A stretch of 63,883 nucleotides of DNA, counting the filler, from Blastocystis sp. subtype 4 (lineage: Eukaryota): the NCBI RefSeq assembly GCF_000743755.1. It is 4 parts of 4 records of this genome, joined end to end, with 100 filler letters (N's around TTAATTAATTAA, not from the genome) between each part and the next. Parts side by side here need not be neighbours in the genome. Positions count along the whole stretch, not along the records: positions 1 to 17,992 come from NW_014569326.1; 3 more parts are not named here. One strand, written 5' to 3'. A model generated the notes under the pieces. That model saw only the letters and a list, made by a program, of their open reading frames with translations, did no database searches and was not told where the DNA came from. Position 1 is the first letter of the stretch; the number at the start of each line of letters is the position of its first letter. The translations under genes were made by a program, and so were the position numbers. This document shows, piece after piece, positions 1 to 12,481 of this stretch.

Positions 1-34
1 CTAGACTTCATCTCTCATTCTTGTTTCTTTAGAA

Positions 35-340
35 ATGTCATCTCAATCAAATCAACAGGGTATCATTATGCTGCTTGAAAACCATTGTTGTAGGGAGACC
101 ACAAGCAACTGAGGAGGAAATGAAGGAAGCTCGCATCCCAATTGCCTGGAGAGATTCATGCGCTGCCATTTTGATTGATTTAAATGAGTGTCGGAACAAG
201 CATTATCATCTTCCCAACAAATGCACAGAATTGAAGCACGCCTATGAGAAGTGTCAGTACGAGGAGTAAGAATTTTGTTTCGATGTAATTGTAGTTATGA
301 AAGACGGAAGAAGGAATATGAAGCTCAGAATTCTCAGTAG
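35..340 (+). CDS. NDUFB7: NADH:ubiquinone oxidoreductase subunit B18/NDUFB7 (3 exons; introns 60-93 and 266-294)
   Basis: Spliced product MSSQSNQQGRPQATEEEMKEARIPIAWRDSCAAILIDLNECR...CTELKHAYEKCQYEDYERRKKEY carries the twin CX9C pattern and the ATxEEMxxAxIPxxxRDxCA signature; both GT-AG introns restore the frame. Confidence 0.9.
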
Positions 341-490
341 TATTAAATTCGATTGTTAAAATTGCTTTGTTTTAACTCTGGAATATATTACTTTCCATCT
401 ATATCTCATTTAGCTACTTATGTTGATAGAATTCATTTAGTCTTGAAAAAACAATTTACAAGAATACACTCAACTCCAAAAACAAAAGAA

Positions 491-563
491 CTCCGAAGCG
501 GGGAATCGAACCCCGGTCGTCCGCGTGACAGGCGGAAATACTTAACCACTATACTACTTCGGA
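491..563 (-). tRNA. tRNA-Asp(GTC)
   Basis: Reverse complement TCCGAAG TAGTATAGTGGTTAAGTAT T TCCGC CT-GTC-AC GCGGA CGAC CGGGG TTCGATT CCCCG CTTCGGA G folds as a cloverleaf; T-rich Pol III terminator follows. Confidence 0.96.
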
Positions 564-703
564 TCTGTGATAGATCCATCTTTGCATTCCTTAAGGCTTT
601 GATTAAGTAGTCAGTATTGAATATTTGGTATTCTGTCTATCGTTTTAGATAGACTGAAAGTGGAAAAAAGAAAATACCTCGACCTCGAAAACATCCTACA
701 TTG

Positions 704-2490
704 ATGGTCAACAGGAGGAGGAGAAGAAGAGTCCTTCCTGCTATTATTTGCGCTGGCTGTCTTATTGTATGCTTCATGATTGGCGGATTGGCTTTCTTTA
801 TGTTCAATCTGTCTTTAGTGAATGTAACATCCCACTTCCGAGATGAAACACCGAGTAGAATCGGTCTAGTAACGGAAAAGCGTACTTTAACTATCTTTAC
901 CACTGTGATGAAAGCCGATGTGAAGCATCGTGGTTCATTTGAATTGTAGGATGATCCGTTACGACATCTTGCTCAAGAGAATTGTCTTTCATTATTATCG
1001 GAACTTCCATCAGCTTATGTCATTGTGTTCACAGATGACAAAGAGTGGATTCGCATTGCAAAACATTATGGACTTTATGCGGTCGCTAAGATTGAGTTCA
1101 TGCTGTTGCGGTTTGTTATGTAGATCGAACGAGTTTGGAACTCCATATTTGAAGGCTATGTATCAGTTTGCAATGGACCACTTTGAATCCGATTTCTATG
1201 GTTACGTAAATGCGGACATTCTTCTCGATTCAACGATTATTTCGTCTCTCCAACAAATTCAAAAGGAGATTGAGGCGGGTACTATTGAGAATCGTGTATA
1301 TGCAGTTGGTCAGAGGACAAACGTTCAACAGGAACCTGAGGATAAGTATGAGAAAGGGGGTTCTGAATCAGCTGAAGCGTTTGTTCTCAGAATGCTTCTG
1401 AAAGGGCATCGCTATTGGGATTCTGCAGTAGTAAGTGTAGATCGACTTTCTAATATCAAAGGATTATCACATCGTAACGAAAACTACATTTGATTGGATG
1501 TCTATTCCCGATTTCATAATCGGTCGTTCTGGATATGACTTGTATTTTGTTCAAGAAGGATACTTGGATAAATCAATTTCATTGATTGATATGACGAATA
1601 CAGGTAACAGAGGAAGAATGAATTTATGGATAGTCCATTGTGCTCATATGTTAAGCAAAGATGGAAACAGATCAGGACTGAAACGAGAGACTCCAGATCG
1701 GGATTGGAATCAAGGAATCTTACATTCGATTCCTGGAGGTTGTTGCCAATACAAATCATTTAGTAAGCTTGCAGATCTTCATACAGGTAAAGAAAAGGAT
1801 AAGAAATAAATGATAGTTGAATTAATGGATTCAATTTGTGTAGCAAAACACGGATTTGAAGGATACTATGATGATTCTTATTATGATACAGAACGATATT
1901 TTATAAAGAATTCGTTACAAGGAATCATTGCTGAGAATTGTTTTCTGGTGAGTGAAAATGATGTATTAGGAGTTTTGTTTCCATTTTGTAAACAGCTCAC
2001 TGTTATCATTTTAAACAGAGATAGTTGTGAGTAGGACATGAGTAAACATGTCAACTAGACGTACATTGAAACGGCTACGAGGCTGTGGAGAAGATATTCA
2101 GTTAGGATGCAATTACCAGCAAATGAAGCCTCGTGATGTAGTGTTATCCATGTTCCAGAAGATCGATTCCAAGTTTGATTTAATAGTAGTTCAATCGGAT
2201 AAACCATTGGTGATGATCAGATGGGTAGGAGAGAGGAGGGAAAGTGATTGATAGATTGAACACAAGTTATCAGTCAATGGAGTTTTGATCATGCGACGAT
2301 GGCTTGATCCAGTTGAACGAAGAGAGATCCAAAAGGCACTTTCGAAGACATTTGAGTTAATTGGAACATATCCTACTTTTCATTATCGATCGTTTCCTTC
2401 ACATGTACGGTTGAAGCACCTCCTGAATTTGATAAAACTCATGATGAACACTTTGGAATGGCAGGATTTCGAAAGATTAGGGACTAATAC
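704..2490 (+). CDS. Multi-exon type II membrane protein, possibly glycosyltransferase-like; 3' end uncertain
   Basis: Basic N-terminus plus TM helix (RRRRRRVLPAIICAGCLIVCFMIGGLAFFMF); internal FYGYVNADILLD and IPDFIIGRSGYD motifs; ORF pieces separated by short GT..AG introns; TGTTTGTC element at 2491. Confidence 0.5.
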
Positions 2491-2510
2491 TGTTTGTCAA
2501 CAAACAATGC

Positions 2511-3540
2511 AATCTCGCTTATTCACACTTTTCTGATGACTGCAGCAAGTAGAGAAGAATTCTACATATCAATATATTCCTTATTTCATACGAAGAAGAG
2601 TAATAACAGAACCAAACATGGACACGCATAAAAGAACTTTATCTTTTAGAGTCCATGAAACTGTTTTGGATAGCAACATTTCTGGCTCAAAAGAATACCG
2701 GAAGTAGATTCCAGGAAGAGCTCTCCGATCTGGTGTATTAACAAGGTTCTGTCTGGAATATTTCGAGACAGAGTAACCATAAGATTCTCCTCCATCAATC
2801 GAATATACCTTTAAGAAGTAGGTATAATGACTCTCTAGTCTTCAACATGAAAAATGAACCAAACGAGATGTATCATCCTTCACATTACGTAATGGTTGGA
2901 GAGTAAAATCACTAGAATTGCCAAAACAGAATTCTCTTATTATATGACTAAATGAACCTGAAAGACTGTTTAGAGATAGAATATGTTTGTGCTACACATA
3001 AACACAGAAGAAGAAAGACAACCACTCCCTGTTGCGTATATTGTCGATCATCTAACGTTATGTGGAAATCACCTTCACCCTATAGATAAGTTTGAGACTA
3101 AAGAAATACACCTAAGAGCTGTGCTGTTCCGATAAATCGACACCCTTCTGGAGATGTGTGGCTTGTTATCTTCAGTTGAAAGCAAAAAAAGCATATACAT
3201 CTGTTTGAGTGGGAGGCATGGATTTATTTGCATCCCAATGAAAAGACAATTCTTGATAAGAAGAGGAATAAAAATCGTACCATCACATTTACGGTCTAGT
3301 ACCTCAACATCAATACTTAGAGGTATTGATAAGTTGAGAGTATGTTGCAGATCGATTTCATATCCCCTTGAGGACGTAGTATATATATTCAAAGAAACAA
3401 TCATCATAATGATTCCACTCAATAGTCCAATGCAAGACACTATCGATCATAACAAGTCAAAATAACATACAAATCCCTCCTTTCGTTGTCCGATTAAACA
3501 GACCATTCATAGGTTTATCAAAAATATCAAACTTCTTCAT
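2511..3540 (-). CDS. ER-Golgi vesicle protein of the Erv41/Erv46 (ERGIC2/3) family; stop probably made by polyadenylation at 2511
   Basis: N-terminal MKKFDIFDKP...RTTKGGI plus TM helix (ERGIC_N-like); C-terminal LPGIYFRYSFEP plus TM helix; last exon ends ...VNKRD-T four nt before TGTTTGTT. Confidence 0.7.
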
Positions 3541-4642
3541 ATTTGTGGAGAAATCGATGTTAATGAGAACTGAAGAATATATTAATATTTCAGGAATTCC
3601 AGAATTTGTATTGCCTTCATTTCTTTCTGAGAAGTCGGAAAGAAGTATCTACTCTATTACAAACGATAGAAGTCATTTCAACTAGTTTCGTAGGTGTATT
3701 TGAGAAGTGGACGTTTCATCGGAAGGCAGCCAATCAAATCGCGGCGGTTTTCATTTCTCTCACCTCTCGCTATCGATTTTTTGAACGATGTTCAATTACC
3801 CTGTCTGGTTTGTGGATGCATTTGCTGCCTGAATCAGACTCTGTCAATCGGTTTATAGTTATTTGAATGGTGTATTTGCGTCACTGATTCTTTCGTTGAT
3901 TTATCATGATCTACGAACAAAGTGTGTCTAGAGAATTGCTGTATCACGATGATGAGTTGATAAACAAGCATCACTTGTATCTACAACGGTTCTTTAGTCT
4001 ACCACTCGATTTCATCTTATACGAGTCTTTTGAGTCTTTCAAGAGATTTGGATGCGAAAAATAAGATGGTTTCTCCTTTCCCCTTGGTACTCCTTCTTTG
4101 AATTGCTCTATGCCTGTTTAAGGTTTTCGTAGCTACTGAACCCTGAATTTGGTAACCATAAGGGATTCGTTCATTTCGGGATGAGGTCTCTAGTACTGAA
4201 TATGAAATAACTGGTACAAGCGATCTATTTGCTTCATTCTGCTGTTTTCTCTTCTATTAACTCATTTGTTCTGTAAGTTGTGTTCAAACTTGATATTATG
4301 GCGGTTACATATCTATCTCTTGAACTGTATTTTGAAAGTAGTTTGGGTGTCATCTTGCAGTTATTTGACTCATTCGTTTTCATTGTTTTGCAAACGCTTG
4401 TACTCAGCAAAATGCACATAATAGTCAAAGTATTAGATCGTTCATCGTCTGAAAAACGTCAAACAAAATAGAGAACCAAGAGGCGAGTGGGAACAAAGAA
4501 GCGCATAGATTAGAAATATCCCCGTTATTGGAGAAGGATGATCGTTTCTCCAATTTCATGCCACTCACATATTTTTTGCCTTCCTAGGTGCAGTTCGTCG
4601 GTTTTTACTCCTTTGAGTTAGTTTTAGACTACACGCAAGAAA

Positions 4643-6899
4643 ATGCTCGCTGTCTCTAGACAACTGACAAGTACTTCTGTCCGTGCTTTCGCCACTTGCG
4701 CATACCCTGAAGCTTGGGTCAAGCTGGCTACAAAGGAGTTGAAGGGAGAAAGTCCCAGTAAGACATGTTTCTGTAATTGACATGCTAGGTACTCTGGAGT
4801 TCAAGACCCCCGAAGGTATTAAGATGAAGCCTTTGTTCCAGAAGGGAGATCTGGCTGATGTTCAGACTGAGGATGCTTCTGCCATCTTCCCTTTCACTCG
4901 TGGTCCTTATGCTACCATGTACACGAAGAAGCCCTGGACCATTCGTCAGTATGCTGGTTTCTCTACTGCTGAGGCTTCCAATGCCTTCTACCGTAAGAAT
5001 CTTGCTGCCGGTCAGCAGGGTCTGTCTGTTGCCTTCGATCTTGCTACTCACCGTGGATATGATTCGGATCATCCTCGTGTGACTGGAGATGTCGGTATGG
5101 CTGGAGTCGCTATCGATTCCGTTGAGGATATGAAGGTCCTGTTCAACGGTATTCCTCTGGACAAGATGTCTGTCTCCATGACCATGAACGGAGCTGTGCT
5201 TCCTGTAATGGGTTTCTACGTTATTGCTGCTGAGGAACAGGGTGTGAAGCAGGAGCTTCTCCGTGGTACTATTCAGAACGATATTCTGAAGGAGTTCATG
5301 GTGCGTAACACCTTCATCTATCCTCCTCATGAGTCTCTGCGTGTGATTCAGGATATTATGGGATACACTTCTGTGCACATGCCTAAGTTCAACTCTATTT
5401 CTATTTCTGGTTACCATATGCAGGAGGCTGGAGCTGATGCTATGTTGGAGATGGCCTTCACCATTGCCGATGGTATTGAGTACGTGCGTACTGCTGAGGC
5501 TGCTGGAGTGTCTGTTGATAAGGTCGCTCCTCGTCTGTCTTTCTTCTTCGGTATGGGAATGAACTTCTACATGGAGGTTGCCAAGCTGCGTGCTGCTCGT
5601 CAGCTGTGGGCTAAGCGCATCCAGAAGCACTTCAAGCCTCAGAACCAGAAGTCCCTGCTTCTGCGTACTCACTGTCAGACCTCTGGATACTCTCTGACTG
5701 AGCAGGATCCTTACAACAATGTCATTCGTACCACCATTGAGGCTATGGCTGCTGTCATGGGAGGAACTCAGTCTCTTCACACCAACGCTCTGGATGAGGC
5801 TCTGGGTCTGCCCACTGAGTTCTCTGCTCGTATTGCTCGTAACACTCAGTTGATCATCCAGGAGGAGACTGGTATTTGCAAGACCGTGGATCCTTGGGGC
5901 GGTAGCTATGTGATTGAGTACTTGACCAACGAGTTGGTGAAGGGAGCTGATCAGATTATCGATGAGGTCGAGTCTCTGGGTGGAATGACCAAGGCTATTG
6001 CCTCTGGTATGCCTAAGCTGCGTATTGAGGAGTCCGCTGCTCGTAAGCAGGCTCGTATTGATTCTGGCAAGGAGACTATTGTTGGAGTCAACAAGTACAA
6101 GCTGCAGAACGATGATTCTCAGGTCGAGGTCCGTTCTGTCGATAACACCGAAGTGCGCAACTCTCAGATCCGCCGTCTGAAGGATCTGAAGGCTAAGCGT
6201 GATCCTGAGGCTGTGCGTCGTGCTCTGGAGGCTCTTGAGTACTCTAGCAAGCTGACTGAGCCTACTGGTAAGGGTACTGATCCTAACAACTTGATGAACC
6301 TGTCCATCAACGCTGCTCGTGCTCGTTGCACTCTGGGTGAGATCAGCGATGCTCTGGAGCATCATTGGGGCCGTTACACTCCTCAGCAGGAGATGGTCCA
6401 CGGAGCCTACCAGGAGGAGTTCACCGACGATTCCAAGAGCACTGAGTTCCAGGATGTGGTCGAGCGTGTGAAGAAGTTCGAGCAGACGACTGGACGTCGT
6501 CCTCGTGTGTACATTGCCAAGATGGGTCAGGATGGACATGACCGTGGTGCTAAGGTTGTGGCTACTGGAATGGCTGATATGGGATTCGATGTCGATGTTG
6601 GTCCTCTGTTCCAGACCCCTGCTGAGGCTGCTCGTGCTGCCGTCGATGCTGATGTGCACGCCGTTGGTTGCTCTTCTCTTGCTGCCGGACACAAGACTCT
6701 GATTCCCGAACTCATTGAGTGCCTGAAGAAGGAGGGACGTGAGGATATCCTCGTGTTCGCCGGAGGTGTTATTCCTCCTAAGGATTATGACTACTTGTAT
6801 CAGAAGGGTGTGGTGGCTGTTTATGGACCTGGTACTCGTATTCCTACCAGCGCAAACGGTATTCTTGATATTCTTGAGAAGAAGAACGTCAAGCTGTAA
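4643..6899 (+). CDS. MUT: Methylmalonyl-CoA mutase, B12-dependent, with mitochondrial/MRO presequence (intron 4758-4788)
   Basis: [37 protein letters not shown] and the B12-binding [11 protein letters not shown] motif; exon 1 encodes [17 protein letters not shown]; strong codon bias. Confidence 0.97.
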
Positions 6900-6951
6900 G
6901 GTGTTTATCATGAAGAAACGTAAATTGTTGATCTGTTTGTAACAAACACAT

Positions 6952-8892
6952 TCACTTCCTGTAGGCATGAAGATTCTTGCGGAGGAGTTGCTCATGACTC
7001 CGACAGCTTGCACAATCTGCATCCATATTATTCTTCATCCAATTGTGTGTATTCTCCAGAAGTTCATACTTTTGACGAATCCATTCCTGAGGCATATCAT
7101 TGGTGAGTCTGTATAGAGTTCCATATCCTTCTTCCATCACACACTCCAGAACATTCATTGCCTGGTGTCGTCGAACCATTTCCTCATCTACTTGCCGCGA
7201 CTCCTGGGCTTCTATAATACGATTTTGAATCTCCTCTTGCGATAGCAACAGTGGTGATAGAGGGTTGTCACGGTCCAAGGAGATTTCAACAGTTTCTCGT
7301 CGTTGTCCTGGCATCACATCCACAGTGACATGTAGTGAATGACTGCACGAAAGCGTCATTGTGATAAGAACGGAGAGCGAATCAGCTTTGCACAGAGGCA
7401 TATCATTGACCACCATCGAGCCCACAATAACATTGTCCCGAGTTAAGAGACGCTCACCCATAGCTATTCGAAACTCAATTGTACGTTGGTAATCTGTGGG
7501 GATTGTATATTCAAAAGTGCTTGTGATTGGAAGAGATGACCCGCGGGGAATCATGACATCCATCAATCCACCATGTGTCTCCACTCCCAAACTCAATACC
7601 GACGTTTGAGGCATGGATTTGATCCGCTGATACTTCTCAACAGCAGCCATAATAGCGGCTCCTACAGCCACCGCCTCGTCTGGATTCACACTGTTGCACA
7701 CCTTTTCTGCAGAGAAGTAGTCCGCCAAAATCTGTTGAATTCGCGGGATTCGTGTCGATCCACCAACCAGGATCACTTCATCAACATCATCTCGAGTCAT
7801 TCCTGCTCTATGAAGGGTTTCTTTTACAACATCGAGTGTTCGTTGGAAGAGTTCTTTATTCAGCTTCTCAAAAAGAAAACGAGAAACTGAGTAGGTAAAA
7901 TCATCGTTTTCAAACTCAATTAGAGACGAAGAAGTGGAAGAGAGAAATAGTTTACAGGATTCCACTGCTTTCCGCATGCGTGATCGCCATGCATTGTTTG
8001 TGGATATATCCACTCCTTTCTGTTTTTTGTATTGTTCAAAGAGGAACTTCATCAATTCATGATTGAAGTCTTCACCTCCGAGATGGTTGTTGCCAACACT
8101 TGATATTACGTGAACACGTTGCTTTCCAACTTCGAGTAATGATACATCCAATGTACCTCCTCCCAAGTCGTAAATGAGAATGTGTTTTGTTTCCGTATCC
8201 TGTTCAAAATTGTAAGCAAAAGCAGCAGCTGACGGCTCGTCTAGCAAACGAAGCACATTGAGTTTGGCAAGCTTTCCTGCTTCCAGTGTTGCCTGACGTT
8301 GTTCTTCATTGAAATAGGCAGGAACAGTGATGACTGCATCTCGAATCTTCCTTCCACTAAAACTTTCGGCTTGAACTCGCAGGTAATCCAGAATCATACC
8401 GCTTATTTCTTGAGGAGTAAATTGGGTCTTTCCAGAAGAGGACTGATTAACTTCAATCACTGGATGGTCATTTTCGTCACTTACTACAGTATAGGGAAAG
8501 GAACGAATATCTTCTTGAATTTCGGGATCGGAGACTCTATTACCAATTAATCGTTTACAGTCGTAAATCGTATTCCGGAAATTCTGTTCCATCTTCTTTG
8601 CGGCTCCAAAACCAACCAGTGTTTCATTCGGAAAGAACGATACAACTGATGGAGTTGTTCGTAATCCCATTTCATTCGGAACAATCGCGATTTGACCGTT
8701 CTTCCAAACAGCAACACATGAGTTCGTAGTTCCTAAATCAATTCCCATTACATTATATTCATCGTCTTCCATGGTAATCCGATTTACTGTTTTGATTTTT
8801 GAGGCAGTTGCGCCAGCCCCATTTCCTTCCTTTTTGATTCTATTCATAATGGACGATAGAGTCGAGGATAATGATCCCCCTCGAGTTTGCAT
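6952..8892 (-). CDS. Divergent Hsp70-family protein, single exon
   Basis: GIDLGTTNSCV, TTPSVV, AVITVPAYF, IYDLGGGTLDVS, LVGGSTRIP and NPDEAVA motifs; divergent substrate-binding domain; no EEVD or KDEL. Confidence 0.92.
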   Translation of the reverse strand: MQTRGGSLSSTLSSIMNRIKKEGNGAGATASKIKTVNRITMEDDEYNVMGIDLGTTNSCVAVWKNGQIAIVPNEMGLRTTPSVVSFFPNETLVGFGAAKKMEQNFRNTIYDCKRLIGNRVSDPEIQEDIRSFPYTVVSDENDHPVIEVNQSSSGKTQFTPQEISGMILDYLRVQAESFSGRKIRDAVITVPAYFNEEQRQATLEAGKLAKLNVLRLLDEPSAAAFAYNFEQDTETKHILIYDLGGGTLDVSLLEVGKQRVHVISSVGNNHLGGEDFNHELMKFLFEQYKKQKGVDISTNNAWRSRMRKAVESCKLFLSSTSSSLIEFENDDFTYSVSRFLFEKLNKELFQRTLDVVKETLHRAGMTRDDVDEVILVGGSTRIPRIQQILADYFSAEKVCNSVNPDEAVAVGAAIMAAVEKYQRIKSMPQTSVLSLGVETHGGLMDVMIPRGSSLPITSTFEYTIPTDYQRTIEFRIAMGERLLTRDNVIVGSMVVNDMPLCKADSLSVLITMTLSCSHSLHVTVDVMPGQRRETVEISLDRDNPLSPLLLSQEEIQNRIIEAQESRQVDEEMVRRHQAMNVLECVMEEGYGTLYRLTNDMPQEWIRQKYELLENTHNWMKNNMDADCASCRSHEQLLRKNLHAYRK

Positions 8893-8984
8893 AAAGGATA
8901 GACACTTCGCTATCCCCAGCCTTCGTTCTTTTCAAGTATTCATCTTCGTCTCCTCTGTGTATCATTAAAACGTTACGAAATCGA

Positions 8985-10727
8985 ATGGACTCCTTTATTG
9001 ATTGTATTAGCTGTTGCGAACCTACTACCCTTCAAGAGCTTCTTCAGCAGACTACAGATCAGAAGATCCAAACCCTTGGAGTGAGGACTCTACTTCTGTT
9101 TTATGTGTAGACTCTGACTACAATTGCTTTGAAGTCATTTTCGAATAAGGCTGTGTGGGGATTGAAGCGCTGCTGGAACTGTCGTGATATCCGACTTGTG
9201 GGACTGATAGAGTCGGACTTCTACAGCTTCATTTGTAGTCTGCCTTCGGTTACCGAAGCTTGGACACTCCAGCATGGGTCCGAGTGTTCTATCACCTCTC
9301 TTTCTATGGACAGTAGGTGAATCCCTGTTGCTCTTACGTAGATTGTGTTATTTGTCCGGAGGCCTACGAAGCGTTGTTTCATTGTTTCAGCACACCTTGT
9401 CTTACTGGACTGAAACACCTCACAATTAAGCCCATGGATGAAGATAAGGGTTCTCGAATGAATGAGAAGAACTGGCGTTGCATCTGTGACCGCCTTAAGA
9501 TGGGTTCGTGTCCATCATTGGAGTCGATCTGTCTTCCTGGTAATTGTATTGGAACTGCAGGAGTTGAAGCCCTCATGGAAGTGTATCATGATGGCCACAT
9601 CAAACGTTGTACAGAGCTGGATCTAACTGGCAATTACATAGGAGACAAAGGAGCCATTGCTCTAGCTAGTCTATTTGATATCCCGAATATGTGTACTGAT
9701 ATGACTACACTCAAATTGGGTAACAACAAGATTCGTTCTAAAGGATGGGACACTTTCTTAACTCATTTTGCTGCTGTGACTCACTCATCACTTCAGACAC
9801 TGGACATCTCTTGTAATAGTAATCAAGGAACATAACTTCTAGACAATTCACCCAATGTTGAAAACATGCAAACTCTTTGGCATACTCTAGAAACAGGTGT
9901 TTGTCCTCAGCTTCATTCACTGAATGTCTCTGGTATCACATTCAAGCCTCAGTCCGCAATCTCTATGGCTACTACAATTCGAGCGAATGCCTTTAAGTAT
10001 CTAGAAGAGCTTAAGATGGATGACTGTTCTCTGTCAACCGAATGTGTAGAACACATTTGCAGAGCTATCTCAGACTCTCCATTACAATTACTCCATCATC
10101 TCTCTCTAGCAAAGAATCGTCTGAATCAACGTTCTCTTCAAATCTTATGTAATATCCTTCAGAAGGATACTCTTCCTTCTCTAGTCTATTTGGATTTGAG
10201 TTGTAATAAGATCTCTGATGAGGGTATTCAAGAGTTGAACAATCGATACAAAGATGACGTGTTGACACAAGTGGAAACACTGGATCTGAGTGATAACTGT
10301 ATTAGCAATGAAGGAGCCTTTGTGATATTTGACAATATTCGCCATCATCAGTGGAAATCACTTCATGATTTGAATTTACAACGTAACAAGTTTACTGCTG
10401 TTACTGGAGTTCAGCTACGTTCTCTACTGGAAATGGATAATGAATTGGATACGATTCATTTAACTGATCTGACCAAGCGTCGGGCGAATGTCCCACTGTA
10501 TCGTCGTGAGGACAGAATGGGTGAGACACATACTCGAATGAATCGCCCTAAGAGCCAGGAAAAGGACGAAGAACAGGCTGAAAAGCATATAACAACTGAA
10601 CAACAGACTACAGAGTCGATGGGTGAGCATACCACACAGACTGAGACAAAAACTGCCGTTGAAGGTATTGCCATTCCTCCTCTTCATGAAGAATTGAAAA
10701 AGGAAGGTGAACTCTCTCCTACTGCAT
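8985..10727 (+). CDS. RNI/NLRC3-like leucine-rich-repeat protein; probable poly(A)-made stop at 10727
   Basis: Repeated LxxLxLxxNxI units (LDLTGNYIGDKGA, LDLSCNKISDEG, LDLSDNCISNEGA) across ORFs 9317-9835 and 9866-10816. Confidence 0.8.
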
Positions 10728-10752
10728 TCTCTGTTTCTTTCAACAAACATAT

Positions 10753-12400
10753 TCATACAAAACACAGATTCTCAATGTACTCATTGCGAACACGTGGTAC
10801 CAATCGTAACCCCTGATTTACTTGATTCAGTGCCACATCTCGTCTCACAATAGCTGTACACTTCGACACGTACACATCATTCACTTCTTCACGGACTGGT
10901 ACTACAGTCTCCACCGTTCCCAATCGCTTGATCTCTGTGTGGTTATCCACAACTTGATTTGTTAAAGATCGAGGTGTTAACTGTGAAACATCTGTCACGT
11001 CCTGATGTGAACTGCGAGAATCCATACTCTGATAAATAGATGTCTTTGCTGAGTGAGTGTAATCAACTCGATCTACTAAGACACTCTCCAGGATGGTATT
11101 TTTTATCTGCCATGATTCCTCTGGATTTGTCATTCCTTCATTCATGAACATTTGTTGTTGAGAAGGTTGAGTAGCTTTTCCAGTCAAGGATCGAGTTGTA
11201 CTGTTCATACTAGATGTGATTGATTTGGGAATGGTCTCAGTGAGAGGTGATTCTCGTAACTGTGGTAATTCTACAACCAGTTCAGTAGGGGCAGCAACCT
11301 CAGGAGGGTGAGTGGAGATAGTTGAAGGAAGCATGGGTGTTTTCATATTCATGGTAAACATATTAGGCTGAAGTTGGAATACATTATCCATTTTGGCATT
11401 TACATCTCGGCTCTGCGGGAAAATGGGTCGAACAGAAACAGATAACTTGCCAACCTCCTTTCGCTTCTTCCCAATAATCTACATCTCATCACCATTACTG
11501 ACTCTACTGGGAGTTTGAAGCTGAAAGAGACCGTATCATAGATCTGCTTTACGGCTAATTTAGCTTCTCCTACTACTTGCTTTGTTGATTGCTGATAAGG
11601 ATGAGTCACAGAAGATATTGAGAAAATGATGACAGTTTGATTTTGGAATTCAACAAGAGAAATAATTTGATGATGGTTCCATTCTGAACATCAACATGTT
11701 AATTCTGTTATACCTGGAAGTAAACCTTTTTGATCACTGGTTCGGACGTAATTATCATTACTGATATGCATTGTACAAGAATAGTACAACTTCTTGTCTA
11801 AAAACTCTTCCTTTACATGAACCTCCATATTCATTCATACAAGGAGACATGCCGAACACATATCAATTTGGAGAGCAATAGGTTTTATTTTGTTAGCTTC
11901 AACGAATTTGGAATTACTAAATACAGAGGAAGGCTTTACTAGTTGGAACATGATTTTGAGTTGGAATGAAAGGTCTGAGTACTTTGCAATTGGAGTCAAG
12001 CAAAAATACAAAGGCTCATAGTAATCACACTTACAGTAGTTATATGCCTCCACTCTCAGTTCAGCAATAACAATACTACGATAAAGATTCTAATTCTACT
12101 AATACCTCTTTTTAAAACCACGTTTCTCAAACAACTGGATCAGGACCGGTAAATCCGTTTCGTCATGACCTCCAATCTTGTAATTACGGAAGAAATAACC
12201 CTGATTAAAAACAGTCGTGTCTCCACCAGATACAGCAGGAAATATCACTTGATACTTACTGTATCGAATCTACATATTACTTAAACCTGGAAAGCATATA
12301 CGGCTAAAAACACCTTCTTCTTTGGTATCTGCAGACCTTCCGTTATCGACACTAGAAGGCCAAGACACTCTTCCATTGTAAACAACCTTTTCAGAAAATA
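10753..12400 (-). CDS. Multi-exon hypothetical protein, possibly with C2-like domains and a Ser/Thr/Pro-rich tail; 5' end uncertain
   Basis: Chain of minus-strand ORFs separated by short introns; segment VVGEAKLAVKQI resembles a C2-domain end; TGA sits directly before the TGTTTGTT element. Confidence 0.4.
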
Positions 12401-12481
12401 GTGTTAACAAGAAGAGATGAAGAAATTACTGACAGTACTTACAACTAAATCCTTTTGATAACAAACATGTAGTTAAAGGAC

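Noticed and set aside
3560..4480. Possible minus-strand gene between the ERGIC gene and MUT
   Set aside because: Only short ORFs; I could not build a consistent spliced model or find motifs.
4785..7022. 745-aa antisense ORF covering MUT
   Set aside because: In-register mirror of a strongly biased gene that avoids TTA, CTA and TCA codons, which removes antisense stops; no recognisable domain.
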